64,000 bases of DNA from a bacterium (GCA_037439545.1 JBBIVV010000004.1:1-64000), one strand, 5' to 3'. Shown: positions 21,477 to 31,686, counted from the first letter of the stretch. Numbers and translations: made by a program. Notes: generated from the sequence alone by a model not told the origin.

Positions 21477-23990
21477 ATGCCGGCAAACACTACATTTAAG
21501 CCTGTACCATTCAAGCCCAATCCGGACACGATTTATGACAAGATTGGTATCGTAACGATCGTACTCTCTTTTCTCATTATCCCGGTTTTAAAGTTCGGGA
21601 ATGAGTTTATATGGATAAAAACCACCGCCCTTATAGCGGTTACCATGATACTGACATTCCTGTGGTTGATTAGAGCTGTCGACAGGAGAGAGCTGCTCTT
21701 GCCAAAAACTTCATTGTGGCTGCCCATGCTGATCCTCATCGGCGCTACGCTCGTACATGTCGTGCATGTTACCGACATCTGGCGGGCAGTGGATATGATG
21801 ATAAGAATCGGATCAAACATATTTTTCTGGTTCTTTATCCTGCTGTTCGTAAGAAAAAAGAGCCATGTGAAGTGGATCATTGTCGCCATGGCTATCTCTG
21901 TATTCATAGTTTCGATGTACGGCATTATGCAGTTCTACGAGATCCTGCCCTGCCCTTATGATATCTACGGCGAGAAAGATCCGTCTTCGACAATCGGGCT
22001 TACCAATTTCTCCGCAGAATGGATGATAAGCTTTATGGGGCTTTTTATATTTGCATTCTTCCTGTCGGATTTTAACATTGAAACAAAAACAGTGCTTTTC
22101 TTCCTTTTTCTTCCCTCTTATTTTTACCTCGTACTCACCAAGGCAAGGGCCGCATGGATGGGCTTTATTATCTCGAACATCGTAATATTTGGATTTCTCT
22201 TTTATCAGTGGTTAAAGTCCCGTAATTATAAGATCGCATCATCCGATGCGTCCTCAAAACAGCCGGGCATGACCGAAGGCAAGCCTGTTTCCGCAGCACG
22301 GCGATTCGGCGTCATCGGAACACTCGGTGTGCTGGTAATAACCGGCGGCATCATTTTATCCGTGACGCATTTCGGCAAAAAGAAGCAGTTTGCATCAATA
22401 TATTCTACGGTCAAGGACGTCTCAGAGCCTCATACGAATGCGGTAAAGGATATCTACGACATATTAACTTCAAAGCTCATGACAAAAGACCCCTCCATCA
22501 ATTTCAGGTTTATGGCATGGCGCAGCACTTTTGATGCATGGGAGCATAATCCCCTATTAGGGGTGGGGATCGGACAGGTGGAGGTCGACATCCATAAATA
22601 TCAGGTCCCGGCACTTCAGCAGATCATATCAAAGACCTATCAGGTTTTTTCGGAATCGCATAACGACTGGCTCCAGATACTTGCTGAGCTCGGCATTGCC
22701 GGGTTCATAGGCTTCTTATGGATTATACTGAACATAGCCTACAAGCTTCTTAAGACAGCAAAACGGTACCTCAACAATGAGGACAAGTTCCTGTTGGCCC
22801 TTGCATTTGGTGGAGGAATAATAGCCGTTCTCATAGCAGCGATTTTCAGTTTTCCGCTGCAGGAACCGGCATCGAGCATGTATTTCTGGGGACTTATTGC
22901 ACTCACAGATGTCGTATACAGAGGATTTGACGATGACAATCGGGAACTTTCTGCAAAAAAGCAAAAGAGGATTTCATCGCCGGAAATGCCCCCTTACCTG
23001 CTCGTTATCAATCCTGCTGAAAAAGGGAAGCTTCCTCCTGTATTAAAACAGCTTGTTCTCATACCTCTTCTTGTTTTAAGTGTAATATCGGTATTCTTGC
23101 TGCCCATCTATGCGGGGCGTACCGCGGTGGCCGAGAATCATATCAAGGACGGCGTTGCCTATAGAAACAGGAGGGATTTTACGGATTCCATCCGTGAATT
23201 CAATGATGCTATAAGTTTAAATCCTTTTGAATATATCTACTACTTCCACAGGGCCATAGTCCTGTTTAACACCGGCGAACTGCAGCAGGCAATATCGGAC
23301 CTTGATCAGTCTTTGAAACTCAGCCCCTATTTCGGTTTGGCATACAGGCTGCGGGGAGGCGCTTATATGGCATTGAACAACTGCGCAAAGGCTGCACCTG
23401 ATTTTGACGAGGCGCTGCATTTCTTGCCGCCGCTTGTAGGGGAGATCGGTAATCAGGCCGTCACATGCGATATACGGTTAAACAGGCTCGACGATGTCAT
23501 AAAGATTGCACAGCTCCAATTGAAATACACTCCGGGTGACAAGGACGCTTACTACAACCTTGGAAATGCGATGTTCCTGAAGAATGATTATAAAGGTGCA
23601 ATTGCCAATTATCAAAAGGCTGTGCAGATTGACCCTTCATTCCAGGCAGGCTGGCTCAACATAGCGATGACCTATTATTACCAGAAAGATTTTAAAACAG
23701 GAAACGCAGTTTTTGAAAAGGCAAGGCGTATAAATCCCAAGAACCCTGTGGTATGGTATGATCGTGCAGTGGGACTTGCCCTTCAGAATGCAAGAAATCA
23801 GGCGATGGAAAGCCTTAAAAAGGCCATTTCCATGAAACCGGAACTGAAAATGTCTGCAGTCGAGGAGCCCTCCTTTGCTTTTATGAGGGACATGCCGGAA
23901 TTTAAAGAATTGGTCGGCAAAAAGAACATGGAAAAATTCGATGAGATAGAAAAGCTCAAAGATATGATAAAAGGAATGAAGAAGCAGTAA
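21477..23990 (+). CDS. O-antigen ligase/O-OTase family membrane protein with C-terminal TPR repeats
   Basis: Many TM helices, TKARAAW, GVGIG, SHNDWLQILAELG; C-terminal TPRs (AYYNLGNA). Confidence 0.8.
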   Translation: MPANTTFKPVPFKPNPDTIYDKIGIVTIVLSFLIIPVLKFGNEFIWIKTTALIAVTMILTFLWLIRAVDRRELLLPKTSLWLPMLILIGATLVHVVHVTDIWRAVDMMIRIGSNIFFWFFILLFVRKKSHVKWIIVAMAISVFIVSMYGIMQFYEILPCPYDIYGEKDPSSTIGLTNFSAEWMISFMGLFIFAFFLSDFNIETKTVLFFLFLPSYFYLVLTKARAAWMGFIISNIVIFGFLFYQWLKSRNYKIASSDASSKQPGMTEGKPVSAARRFGVIGTLGVLVITGGIILSVTHFGKKKQFASIYSTVKDVSEPHTNAVKDIYDILTSKLMTKDPSINFRFMAWRSTFDAWEHNPLLGVGIGQVEVDIHKYQVPALQQIISKTYQVFSESHNDWLQILAELGIAGFIGFLWIILNIAYKLLKTAKRYLNNEDKFLLALAFGGGIIAVLIAAIFSFPLQEPASSMYFWGLIALTDVVYRGFDDDNRELSAKKQKRISSPEMPPYLLVINPAEKGKLPPVLKQLVLIPLLVLSVISVFLLPIYAGRTAVAENHIKDGVAYRNRRDFTDSIREFNDAISLNPFEYIYYFHRAIVLFNTGELQQAISDLDQSLKLSPYFGLAYRLRGGAYMALNNCAKAAPDFDEALHFLPPLVGEIGNQAVTCDIRLNRLDDVIKIAQLQLKYTPGDKDAYYNLGNAMFLKNDYKGAIANYQKAVQIDPSFQAGWLNIAMTYYYQKDFKTGNAVFEKARRINPKNPVVWYDRAVGLALQNARNQAMESLKKAISMKPELKMSAVEEPSFAFMRDMPEFKELVGKKNMEKFDEIEKLKDMIKGMKKQ

Positions 23991-24051
23991 CTTTAAAACA
24001 GCTTTCCGAACAAGCTTCTGTGTTATATCTCTTCTATGAGACGGGTCAGAC

Positions 24052-25569
24052 CTAAGGCATTTGCAGAAGCGTGAATACATGGTCGTCTACGGCAGCATGG
24101 ACAGCCTCAACGCTTCTGCCTTCGACGGATACAATGCTTTGAGCCGCTCCGATCTTTTTTAATTCTACGTGTGACCAGGCGGCAGCGAGCGGCATATTGA
24201 GCGCTTTTGCTGCACACTCTTTTGCCGTCCAGACTCTGATGGACGCTTCCAGGCGTCCGAGAGATGATCGTTCGCACAGTGTCTGCTCGCTTGATTTCAT
24301 GTAAATATGTGCGCCTTTCAATAGAGTGCCGGTCAGGCGTTCCACGTCTATGCCAACCGGACGATGTCCTCCAACGGCGATAGCGAAACGGTCATCGTGA
24401 GACGCACTGCAGTAAAAATCTTGTTCTCTTCCCGGCAGCATGCACGCCGGGCGTATGCCATCGGGTGCTATTGTTTCTATAAGCTTCGGATCTTCCGGAA
24501 CTTCGTTCTTGTAGAGGATACGGGCAAGACGCTTGAGTGCTATCCTCGCTCCTATGTGCTGGTTCCTTTTACGGTGGTGTTGTCTGAGCCCTGCTTCCAG
24601 CTCGCGAGATGACAATATTTTTCCTACAAACGGCAGGATTCCTGCCAGCTCCACGACAGACATTCCTTCGTTTCTCTGTTTTATCGTCCGGAGATTGTCC
24701 TGTTCCGCAGCCTTCACCCACTCGGGCACAATCGTTTTATGTTTGAATATGTCCTTCATTCTCACGCCGAATGTTGCTTCACGGAGTTCCCCGGCTCTGT
24801 CATATATCCATATATCAAAGTCAAGCATGTCCGTCCCGGTCTCTCCTGGAATAACTTTGCAAAAATACGATTCTCCGGCTGCGGTAGGACGAATAATTGT
24901 TCTTTCTGCATATCCCACGGGAAAGGCGACGTAACCGTGATATCGCTGCCCCCATGCACAGGCAACATGAAACGCGGCATCAAGGACAAACGGAGAGCCC
25001 AAAGGAGGATTGAGCGTGCCGAGATGTGGCGCATGCAGCGATGCCACAGCCCCCTGCCCGGACAGGAGCACTACGCCTGCGGTGTTGTGGAACGATGGAC
25101 CAAAAGGTACGAGTTCTTCATAAAGCCTTTCTGCAGGCACAGGAAAACAAATTCCTTCGGCTGCACATGCAGTGTCGAGTGATAAAGGTATGCGATGGGG
25201 TATATCTGAGAATGTTACCCGCACGTGGTCACGCATCCGTGAAATGGTTCCACGTGATGTTCGTACCATGGTACCGAGCGCAGCAGTCACTGCATCATGC
25301 ACTTTTGTCTCCATGTCCGTAACTGCTTCCAGAGGAGGCGTTCCGTCAGGCAGAGGAAGAAACCTGAGGAATTCCGCATCCCGGGAACCGGACACGCTTT
25401 GCCCGGGATAGTGCGCAACGACAGCCTCGGCAAGCCTTTCAAGCGACTCAACCGCCGGATACACCGGCTGTTCCTCTACCCTGTGGTCTTGAAGATAGGG
25501 ACGGTTTTCTATCCGGAGCGGCAGGCGTATGCGGGTATTGTTGGTTGGTCCTCTCTCATCATTGATCAT
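24052..25569 (-). CDS. PKS-type dehydratase fused to a 4'-phosphopantetheinyl transferase
   Basis: N-terminal YLQDHRVEEQPVYP, FGPSF and LDAAFH (double-hotdog DH motifs); C-terminal SASHD, VGIDVE, WTAKE..AKA (Sfp-type PPTase). Confidence 0.8.
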   Translation of the reverse strand: MINDERGPTNNTRIRLPLRIENRPYLQDHRVEEQPVYPAVESLERLAEAVVAHYPGQSVSGSRDAEFLRFLPLPDGTPPLEAVTDMETKVHDAVTAALGTMVRTSRGTISRMRDHVRVTFSDIPHRIPLSLDTACAAEGICFPVPAERLYEELVPFGPSFHNTAGVVLLSGQGAVASLHAPHLGTLNPPLGSPFVLDAAFHVACAWGQRYHGYVAFPVGYAERTIIRPTAAGESYFCKVIPGETGTDMLDFDIWIYDRAGELREATFGVRMKDIFKHKTIVPEWVKAAEQDNLRTIKQRNEGMSVVELAGILPFVGKILSSRELEAGLRQHHRKRNQHIGARIALKRLARILYKNEVPEDPKLIETIAPDGIRPACMLPGREQDFYCSASHDDRFAIAVGGHRPVGIDVERLTGTLLKGAHIYMKSSEQTLCERSSLGRLEASIRVWTAKECAAKALNMPLAAAWSHVELKKIGAAQSIVSVEGRSVEAVHAAVDDHVFTLLQMP

Positions 25570-25647
25570 AGGTAAGAAGTTTTCTCCTCTGCTCGTAAAA
25601 CAAAGTTCCCTTCGATAAACGGGTTTGTCGACTAAAATCACCTTTAA

Positions 25648-25706
25648 TCCCCCTTAACAGGGGGAGAACCAAAGTGATCCCCCCGGACAAGGGGGGGCGG
25701 GGGGTT
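25648..25706. repeat. REP-like pair of poly-C/poly-G hairpins
   Basis: TCCCCCT-TAAC-AGGGGGA and CCCCCC-GGACAA-GGGGGG followed by GCGGGGGG. Confidence 0.55.
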
Positions 25707-25825
25707 CTTTGACGCCGATAGAGTAGCAGTCCACGCAGAATACTATGAAAGCTTTGCAAGCAGTTCATAGGTGTTTTCCTTCGCATCGTCAAGAACTTCT
25801 TCCCTGTTGTTGAATATCCACAAGA

Positions 25826-26326
25826 TCATTTTTTGAATAAAGGCATTTTTTGGGGGAACGTCTGCCACATATGGACGGTCTTCTTGTCCACGGCGACCGG
25901 CCATCCGGAGGGGCTCATCGCACAATGCTGCGTAAATCCCGAGCATATAAGTTTGCCTGTCTCGGCATGGGCAATGATATAACGGAATGCAACCTTGACG
26001 CGGGTTATCTCCGCGGGACGGGTGTAGACCCACATGGGATCATCGTAATACAGGGGCGAATGGAACGTCATACCCAGATCTATAATAGGATATACATACC
26101 CGCTGTCCTCTACTTCTTTGTACGGATACCCTACGTCTCTCATCAAACTTGCACGTCCCAGTTCAAAATACCTCAGGTAATTGGCATGGTAAACGACCTC
26201 GGACCGGTCCGTATCTGCATAGAGTGTCCGGTTGAATACCTTGTGCCAGATCAATTTGCCCACAGCATCGCGGACAAACGGAGAATCCTTGCTTACGGCT
26301 TCGGGTTTAAATGGAGCTGGTCTCAT
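25826..26326 (-). CDS. Acyl-CoA/ACP thioesterase (YbgC/4HBT hotdog family)
   Basis: YADTD..VVYHANYLRYFELGR. Confidence 0.9.
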   Translation of the reverse strand: MRPAPFKPEAVSKDSPFVRDAVGKLIWHKVFNRTLYADTDRSEVVYHANYLRYFELGRASLMRDVGYPYKEVEDSGYVYPIIDLGMTFHSPLYYDDPMWVYTRPAEITRVKVAFRYIIAHAETGKLICSGFTQHCAMSPSGWPVAVDKKTVHMWQTFPQKMPLFKK

Positions 26327-27592
26327 CTATATTCCCCGGAACACGATACAGCAATTCGTGCCGCCGAAACCAAAAGCATTGGACATGGCAATTTCAACTT
26401 TCTGCTTCCTCGCCTTATTGGGAACAACGTCAATATTATTAAATGCCGGATCCGGAATGTGGTTCATGGTGGGAAGGATGATCCCCTGCCGCATACCTTC
26501 TATAGTCAGGGCGCCTTCTATGGCAGCGGCTGCTCCCAGGGTATGGCCGATTTGAGATTTGTTTGACGAAATCGGAATGTGCTCAAGAGCACTGCCAAAA
26601 ACTTCCCGCAGACAATTTATTTCGTTGAGATCGCCCTTTGGCGTAGAAGTGCCGTGGGTATTTACATACTGTATGTCTCCAGATTTCAGGCCGGCGTCAT
26701 CAATGGCCTCCCGCATTGCCCGGGTAACCGTCGGTCCGTTCGGCCTGGTGAAATGGTAGGCATCGGATGTCCAGCCAACGCCGATAACCTCGGCCATGGG
26801 TTTGAGTCCGTAGATCGGGATGGCTTCTTCGGATGCAAGCACCATGGCTCCCGCACCCTCTGACAGCACGAAGCCCTGGCGGTCTACGCTGAACGGCCGG
26901 GATGCCTGTCCGGGATCATTCCACGCGCGGTCTTTCTCCGTCACTTTTATCGTTGCATTCATGTTGGCAAATCCATGGAGGATCTCCGGCATGATCGGGG
27001 TATCTACACCGCCGGCAAGGACGAAATCGCTGTCTCCGTCTCTTATCATCCTTGCGCCGATACCAATGGCATAGTTTCCTGAAGCACATGCAGCCTGCGG
27101 GGAAAAGATGGGGCCGGTGAACCCAAGGAGCATACTTGCTTTGCCCGAGGGAAGATTGGCACAAAGGTTGGGGAGAAGGTAATTACTGACACTGTTGGGT
27201 CCCCTTTCTTTCAAATTGTTCATGGCTGTCCTGTAGGCGTCATGACCGTTGATCGCAGAGCCCATCAGGCATGCAGTCCTTTCTTTTACGCCGTCAACCA
27301 TCTCCAATCCGGCATGTGTCAAAGCATCTTTGCATACTGCCATGGTCAGGATTACATACATTGCATTCCATTCCTTGGCTTCTTTCTCACTGGAAAAGTC
27401 CAGTGCCGCAGGGTTCCAATCGGGGATTTCTCCGACCACATTTGCCAGCGTATCCGCCTTGCACCTGGTAGCGCGCCTGAACCCGGTCTCTCCCTTCACA
27501 GCCCTTTTCCATGTTTCTTTCAAAGTCTTTCCCAGCGGTGTTGCCATTGCATACCCTACGACAAAGACCCTTCTATTTTTAGGTGATTTCAT
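26327..27592 (-). CDS. Beta-ketoacyl-ACP synthase (FabF-like)
   Basis: AACASG (Cys), NTHGTST (His), KSQIGHTLGA (His), NAFGFGG. Confidence 0.9.
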   Translation of the reverse strand: MKSPKNRRVFVVGYAMATPLGKTLKETWKRAVKGETGFRRATRCKADTLANVVGEIPDWNPAALDFSSEKEAKEWNAMYVILTMAVCKDALTHAGLEMVDGVKERTACLMGSAINGHDAYRTAMNNLKERGPNSVSNYLLPNLCANLPSGKASMLLGFTGPIFSPQAACASGNYAIGIGARMIRDGDSDFVLAGGVDTPIMPEILHGFANMNATIKVTEKDRAWNDPGQASRPFSVDRQGFVLSEGAGAMVLASEEAIPIYGLKPMAEVIGVGWTSDAYHFTRPNGPTVTRAMREAIDDAGLKSGDIQYVNTHGTSTPKGDLNEINCLREVFGSALEHIPISSNKSQIGHTLGAAAAIEGALTIEGMRQGIILPTMNHIPDPAFNNIDVVPNKARKQKVEIAMSNAFGFGGTNCCIVFRGI

Positions 27593-27598
27593 GATTTT

Positions 27599-28849
27599 TT
27601 ATCCCATTCTGTGAAAAACAACGCAAGCATTACATCCGCCGAACCCGAATGCGTTCTTTAAAACATACTCCTGCTTCAGTGTCCTTGCAGACCCGGGAAC
27701 ACAGTCCATGCTTATGGAAGGATCCGGGGTATAGTTGATGGTCGGAAGAATTGTGTCCGTCATCATTCCTTCCATGGCAAATATACTCTCCAGGGCACTG
27801 GATGCGCCCATTGCGTGGCCGATCAGGGATTTGTTGGCACTCACGGGCGGGATTCTATCTCCGAAAATCTCCTTGAGTGCCCTATACTCCACCTCATCTC
27901 CCACTTTTGTCGATGCTGCATGTGCATTGATGGCGCTGATATCCGGAGGAGCAATACCCGCATGTTTTATGGCACCATTTATGCATTGAACAATGGTGTC
28001 CTGCCTGGGCGCGACATAGTGTTGGGCATCGGCAGTCATTGCCCATCCTGCGAGCTCCAGGGAATACCTTAATCCGTGAGCCCTCGCAAATTCAGGCGTC
28101 GATAATATGATACACCCGGCACCTTCCGATATTACGAACCCTCGCCTGTTCACGGAAAACGGCCTGCTTGCCGTGGCCGGTGCTTCAGGCGGTGCCTGCA
28201 GGGTGTTTTGATATGCCCCATTCATGGTCGCAAACCCTGCAACGATGCTTTCCACAAGCGGGAAATCCACTGCTCCGCAAATGGCCACGTCAGCCATACC
28301 GCTCTGCAACATCATGGATCCTATGATCATGGATGTACTTCCGGTAGCACAGGCTGTGACGGTGGTCACTATAGGTCCTGTGGCATTGGTCAGTATCGAT
28401 ACCTTGCCTCCCACCATGTTGACACAGGAATTAGGGTTTACATACGGTTTGGGCAATTGTCCGGATTCCACCATTATCCTGTCCGCATCGAGAACCGCGT
28501 CAATACCGCCGATAGCAGTGCTGAATGTGGTTGCTATTCTGGGCGACAACTCCCCGGTAATTTCCAGATCGATCTTTTTCAACGCACGATGGACTACGAG
28601 CATTCCGTATTTAAAAATCGGCGATTTCCATTGCACCATGTTTCTGGGGCTCAAAAACGGGTAAGGGGTAACGTCAACATCCGCAACCTGTCCTGCAACC
28701 TGCACGGGAAATTTTTCTCTTAAGGGAAACCGTGTAAGGGGGCCGATACCACTGCGGCCGTGAGCAGCCTTGTTCCATTGGTCTTCAAAGTCCGTACCTA
28801 ACGGAGAAACTGCATCATATCCCAGAACTACAGGCTTCACCGTATTCAT
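27599..28849 (-). CDS. Beta-ketoacyl-ACP synthase (FabF-like)
   Basis: TACATG, NAHAAST, KSLIGHAMGA, NAFGFGG. Confidence 0.9.
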   Translation of the reverse strand: MNTVKPVVLGYDAVSPLGTDFEDQWNKAAHGRSGIGPLTRFPLREKFPVQVAGQVADVDVTPYPFLSPRNMVQWKSPIFKYGMLVVHRALKKIDLEITGELSPRIATTFSTAIGGIDAVLDADRIMVESGQLPKPYVNPNSCVNMVGGKVSILTNATGPIVTTVTACATGSTSMIIGSMMLQSGMADVAICGAVDFPLVESIVAGFATMNGAYQNTLQAPPEAPATASRPFSVNRRGFVISEGAGCIILSTPEFARAHGLRYSLELAGWAMTADAQHYVAPRQDTIVQCINGAIKHAGIAPPDISAINAHAASTKVGDEVEYRALKEIFGDRIPPVSANKSLIGHAMGASSALESIFAMEGMMTDTILPTINYTPDPSISMDCVPGSARTLKQEYVLKNAFGFGGCNACVVFHRMG

Positions 28850-28895
28850 AACTTACCCCTTTTATAAAAATTTGCGTTGAGCAAAGGTTTGCGGA

Positions 28896-29897
28896 TTACC
28901 ACGGAATGAAACGGTATAATTTTGCAAACATCTCGTAAACTTCGATCCAATTCTGAAAATCCTCGGGGCTACGCATGTGCGCCCGCTTGTTGACCATAAC
29001 CCAGCTCATGTGCGCGGCCCCATCTTTGCATGTGGAACAATCCCTGGTGGCAGACGTGCAGCACCGGTGCATTGTCTTGAGATCAGCCCCATACCGGATA
29101 AACCTGATAAGCCGTTTCGGCTGGGGATTGCGGGTATCCATGGGCTCGGTGACCGAAGGGCATTCGCCCCATCCCCATGCGCGGTCAAGCATTTTCCCTG
29201 TTGTGATTATTTTGTGGTAATACTTACTGGAGATTACGGTGTTATCGTATTTTTCCAGCATATAATCCATTTCCTCGCGCACGCTTTTAAGTATTTCCGG
29301 AGTCCATACGAACCCTTCCACGTCTTCATCGTTCGAAAATAACTGGAGGTGGACTTTGAGCCCGGCGTCCTTTATTTTTTTAACAATACGTTCAATCGTG
29401 CCGGTCCCGACCTGTTTGGGTGTTATGGTGTACAGATAGTACGTGTAAGGGTCGCCCTCATAATTTTTCAGCGATATGCCGAACGTGTTCTTACCGCGCA
29501 GCACTTTCTCTTCGCTCTCGTCTCCCCACAGGGAGATTCCGACCATCATGTCCGGAAACCTGCTCCTTGGAATTTTGATCAGACCGTTTGTCGCACAATA
29601 GGTGGGAATACGCCGGTAAAACGCTTCAATCCTGTCAAGGAACAGCGTTGGTTCGCCTCCGATCAATATTGCCAGGTTCACGCCCCTTTCCTTCTCCTTA
29701 TCGACAAACTCTTCCCATCTATGGATATCGGACTCTTCTTCCAGTTTGTGCTCGTCCGAAGAAAAGAAGAAACAGCCTTTACATCTCAGGTTACACTTGT
29801 TCGTCATGTCGTAGATGGAACTGCGTATGTTGAGATTGGAAATGGCGTTATACCGTTTTTTCCATTCTCCGTCTATAAGCGTACTTACCGTGTGCAT
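28896..29897 (-). CDS. Radical SAM protein, paralog A
   Basis: CNLRCKGC, GGEP, ATNG; C-terminal RCCTSATRDCSTC. Confidence 0.88.
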   Translation of the reverse strand: MHTVSTLIDGEWKKRYNAISNLNIRSSIYDMTNKCNLRCKGCFFFSSDEHKLEEESDIHRWEEFVDKEKERGVNLAILIGGEPTLFLDRIEAFYRRIPTYCATNGLIKIPRSRFPDMMVGISLWGDESEEKVLRGKNTFGISLKNYEGDPYTYYLYTITPKQVGTGTIERIVKKIKDAGLKVHLQLFSNDEDVEGFVWTPEILKSVREEMDYMLEKYDNTVISSKYYHKIITTGKMLDRAWGWGECPSVTEPMDTRNPQPKRLIRFIRYGADLKTMHRCCTSATRDCSTCKDGAAHMSWVMVNKRAHMRSPEDFQNWIEVYEMFAKLYRFIPW

Positions 29898-29913
29898 GTA
29901 ATCTTTTTTTACC

Positions 29914-30504
29914 TCAGCGGGTACTTCTTATTGCATGATCAAACCCTCTGTCCTCCAATATTGCACGTACCATTTTATCGATCATCTTGTATGCCCGCTT
30001 CTCAAGAAGTCCGGAATCGGTCGTCACTGCCGGCTCCATGGTTACGGTAAAACGCTTCTGGAAGGATGCACCTTTGCCGTGCACGCTGACCATATACTGG
30101 AACTGCTGGTCCGTAATGGACTCCAGTGTGATGTCTACCTCCGGGGCATTTGACGCCTGATCCATGCTATGCACCTCAAGTCCTGCACTCTGAAAGGCCT
30201 TTTGAATGCAATACCAGAAATACGATGTCAGACTCGGCCAGCTCTCATAGGTCATGGAGCCCTGAGGATTATAGTAATACCACATGGTCGTATTGTTCGC
30301 CTGGTTGTCTATGTTGGCGAGATATATCGACTTTCCGCGATAGCCCGGGAATGTCCTTCCGAGCTCCGGCATATAATTGTTCTGCGTGATCTCTACCTTT
30401 GCAGAGCCGCCATTGATTCCGCGCCTGCAACCTCCTGCAACTGCGATCATAAGAATGGTTATCGTACCTATCCATGCAACTACTCTGAACGTGTTATTCC
30501 GCAT
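29914..30504 (-). CDS. Hypothetical lipoprotein
   Basis: Signal peptide ending VAGGC; AGGAG RBS. Confidence 0.65.
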   Translation of the reverse strand: MRNNTFRVVAWIGTITILMIAVAGGCRRGINGGSAKVEITQNNYMPELGRTFPGYRGKSIYLANIDNQANNTTMWYYYNPQGSMTYESWPSLTSYFWYCIQKAFQSAGLEVHSMDQASNAPEVDITLESITDQQFQYMVSVHGKGASFQKRFTVTMEPAVTTDSGLLEKRAYKMIDKMVRAILEDRGFDHAIRSTR

Positions 30505-30577
30505 TCTTTTCTCCTTTAGATTTAATCGATATTTTTGTTTTGAAAAAATTCCATTGTTTCACCGACGGCAGCTCGCA

Positions 30578-31666
30578 TCAAAAACCCGGGGGCTGCTGCA
30601 TATGAGAACACAGGTTCTCTCCCTTCTCATATCCCTTGACCCAGACGGCAAGGTACGTATCTACATAATCAAGCCATGATTTAAAGATGTCCGGGTCCCC
30701 TGTGTGTCTGTTGAGCTTCGAGGTAACTATAGAACTCCCTGCGGCATAATGCCTGCAATCATCGCACACCGTGTCCGGCACGCAGCATGCAGCACTTCTG
30801 TCCCACGTAAGATCAGTCCTGTACTGCCGGAATGACCTGCCGAGTCCTAATGCAGTGGATGAATTCATGCGTGGATAGGGACATGAGAATAATCGATACA
30901 GACTGCTCCTGTGGGTATGCACCGTGGCACTATATTTTGAAAACAGTACGGCCCCCGGGTATTTTTCCAACAGATCTATCATTACATGGCGGGCTTTATC
31001 CAGCGTTTCCGGCGTATGCAATAGATTTCCTGAGTAGTCCATCGGTGCTGAAAACATATTGAACGTAAATTTACAATCATTTGACGCCAGTATGTCTGCG
31101 ACCTCATAGGCTTCATCGATTGTATTCCTGCAGAAAGTGTATACGAATACCGCACGCGGGTCACCGGCATAATTATCGATTTGTTTTTTGAGCAGGTTCC
31201 CGGCTTTTCTTACTCTGCGGCTGGTCTCATCATTACCCCATACCGAGATGTGTATCTTGTATCCGACTGATTCCGGTATACGTTTGAGTCCGTTTGTAGC
31301 TATGCACCCTAACGGGATTTCCCCATAGCACGCGTGCAGCAGATCCGGGACGAGGGACGGCTCGGCACCGGCGAGAACAACGAATGTTATGCCCCTTTCT
31401 TTTTCCTTCCGGAAGAGGTCGCGCCATGCCTGCGGGTCGAGATTTTCCCGTGCAAATTGTTTTTCTCCGTTATAGTAGTAGCATCCGTCGCACCGCATGT
31501 TGCACCTCGTGGCCATGTCATACGTGGATTCCCGTAAAAAAAAGTATTTCCTGACCTTTTCCCAACGTTCCCGCACACGTGTATCCTCAAGAAGGTCTGC
31601 GAATTTCCATTCTTTTGTCAATGGTAAAGGGTCATGAAGGCTTAATGCTGCATTATCCGATTTCAT
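30578..31666 (-). CDS. Radical SAM protein, paralog B
   Basis: CNMRCDGC, GAEP, ATNG; C-terminal ACCVPDTVCDDC; start at 31666 supported by the GAGGG RBS and upstream promoter. Confidence 0.88.
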   Translation of the reverse strand: MKSDNAALSLHDPLPLTKEWKFADLLEDTRVRERWEKVRKYFFLRESTYDMATRCNMRCDGCYYYNGEKQFARENLDPQAWRDLFRKEKERGITFVVLAGAEPSLVPDLLHACYGEIPLGCIATNGLKRIPESVGYKIHISVWGNDETSRRVRKAGNLLKKQIDNYAGDPRAVFVYTFCRNTIDEAYEVADILASNDCKFTFNMFSAPMDYSGNLLHTPETLDKARHVMIDLLEKYPGAVLFSKYSATVHTHRSSLYRLFSCPYPRMNSSTALGLGRSFRQYRTDLTWDRSAACCVPDTVCDDCRHYAAGSSIVTSKLNRHTGDPDIFKSWLDYVDTYLAVWVKGYEKGENLCSHMQQPPGF

Positions 31667-31686
31667 TATATTTGTGTCCCTCAAAA

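Noticed and set aside
25559..25792. 77 aa ORF with PPLSGG/LPLLRG
   Set aside because: Translation of the poly-C/G hairpin repeat, not a credible gene
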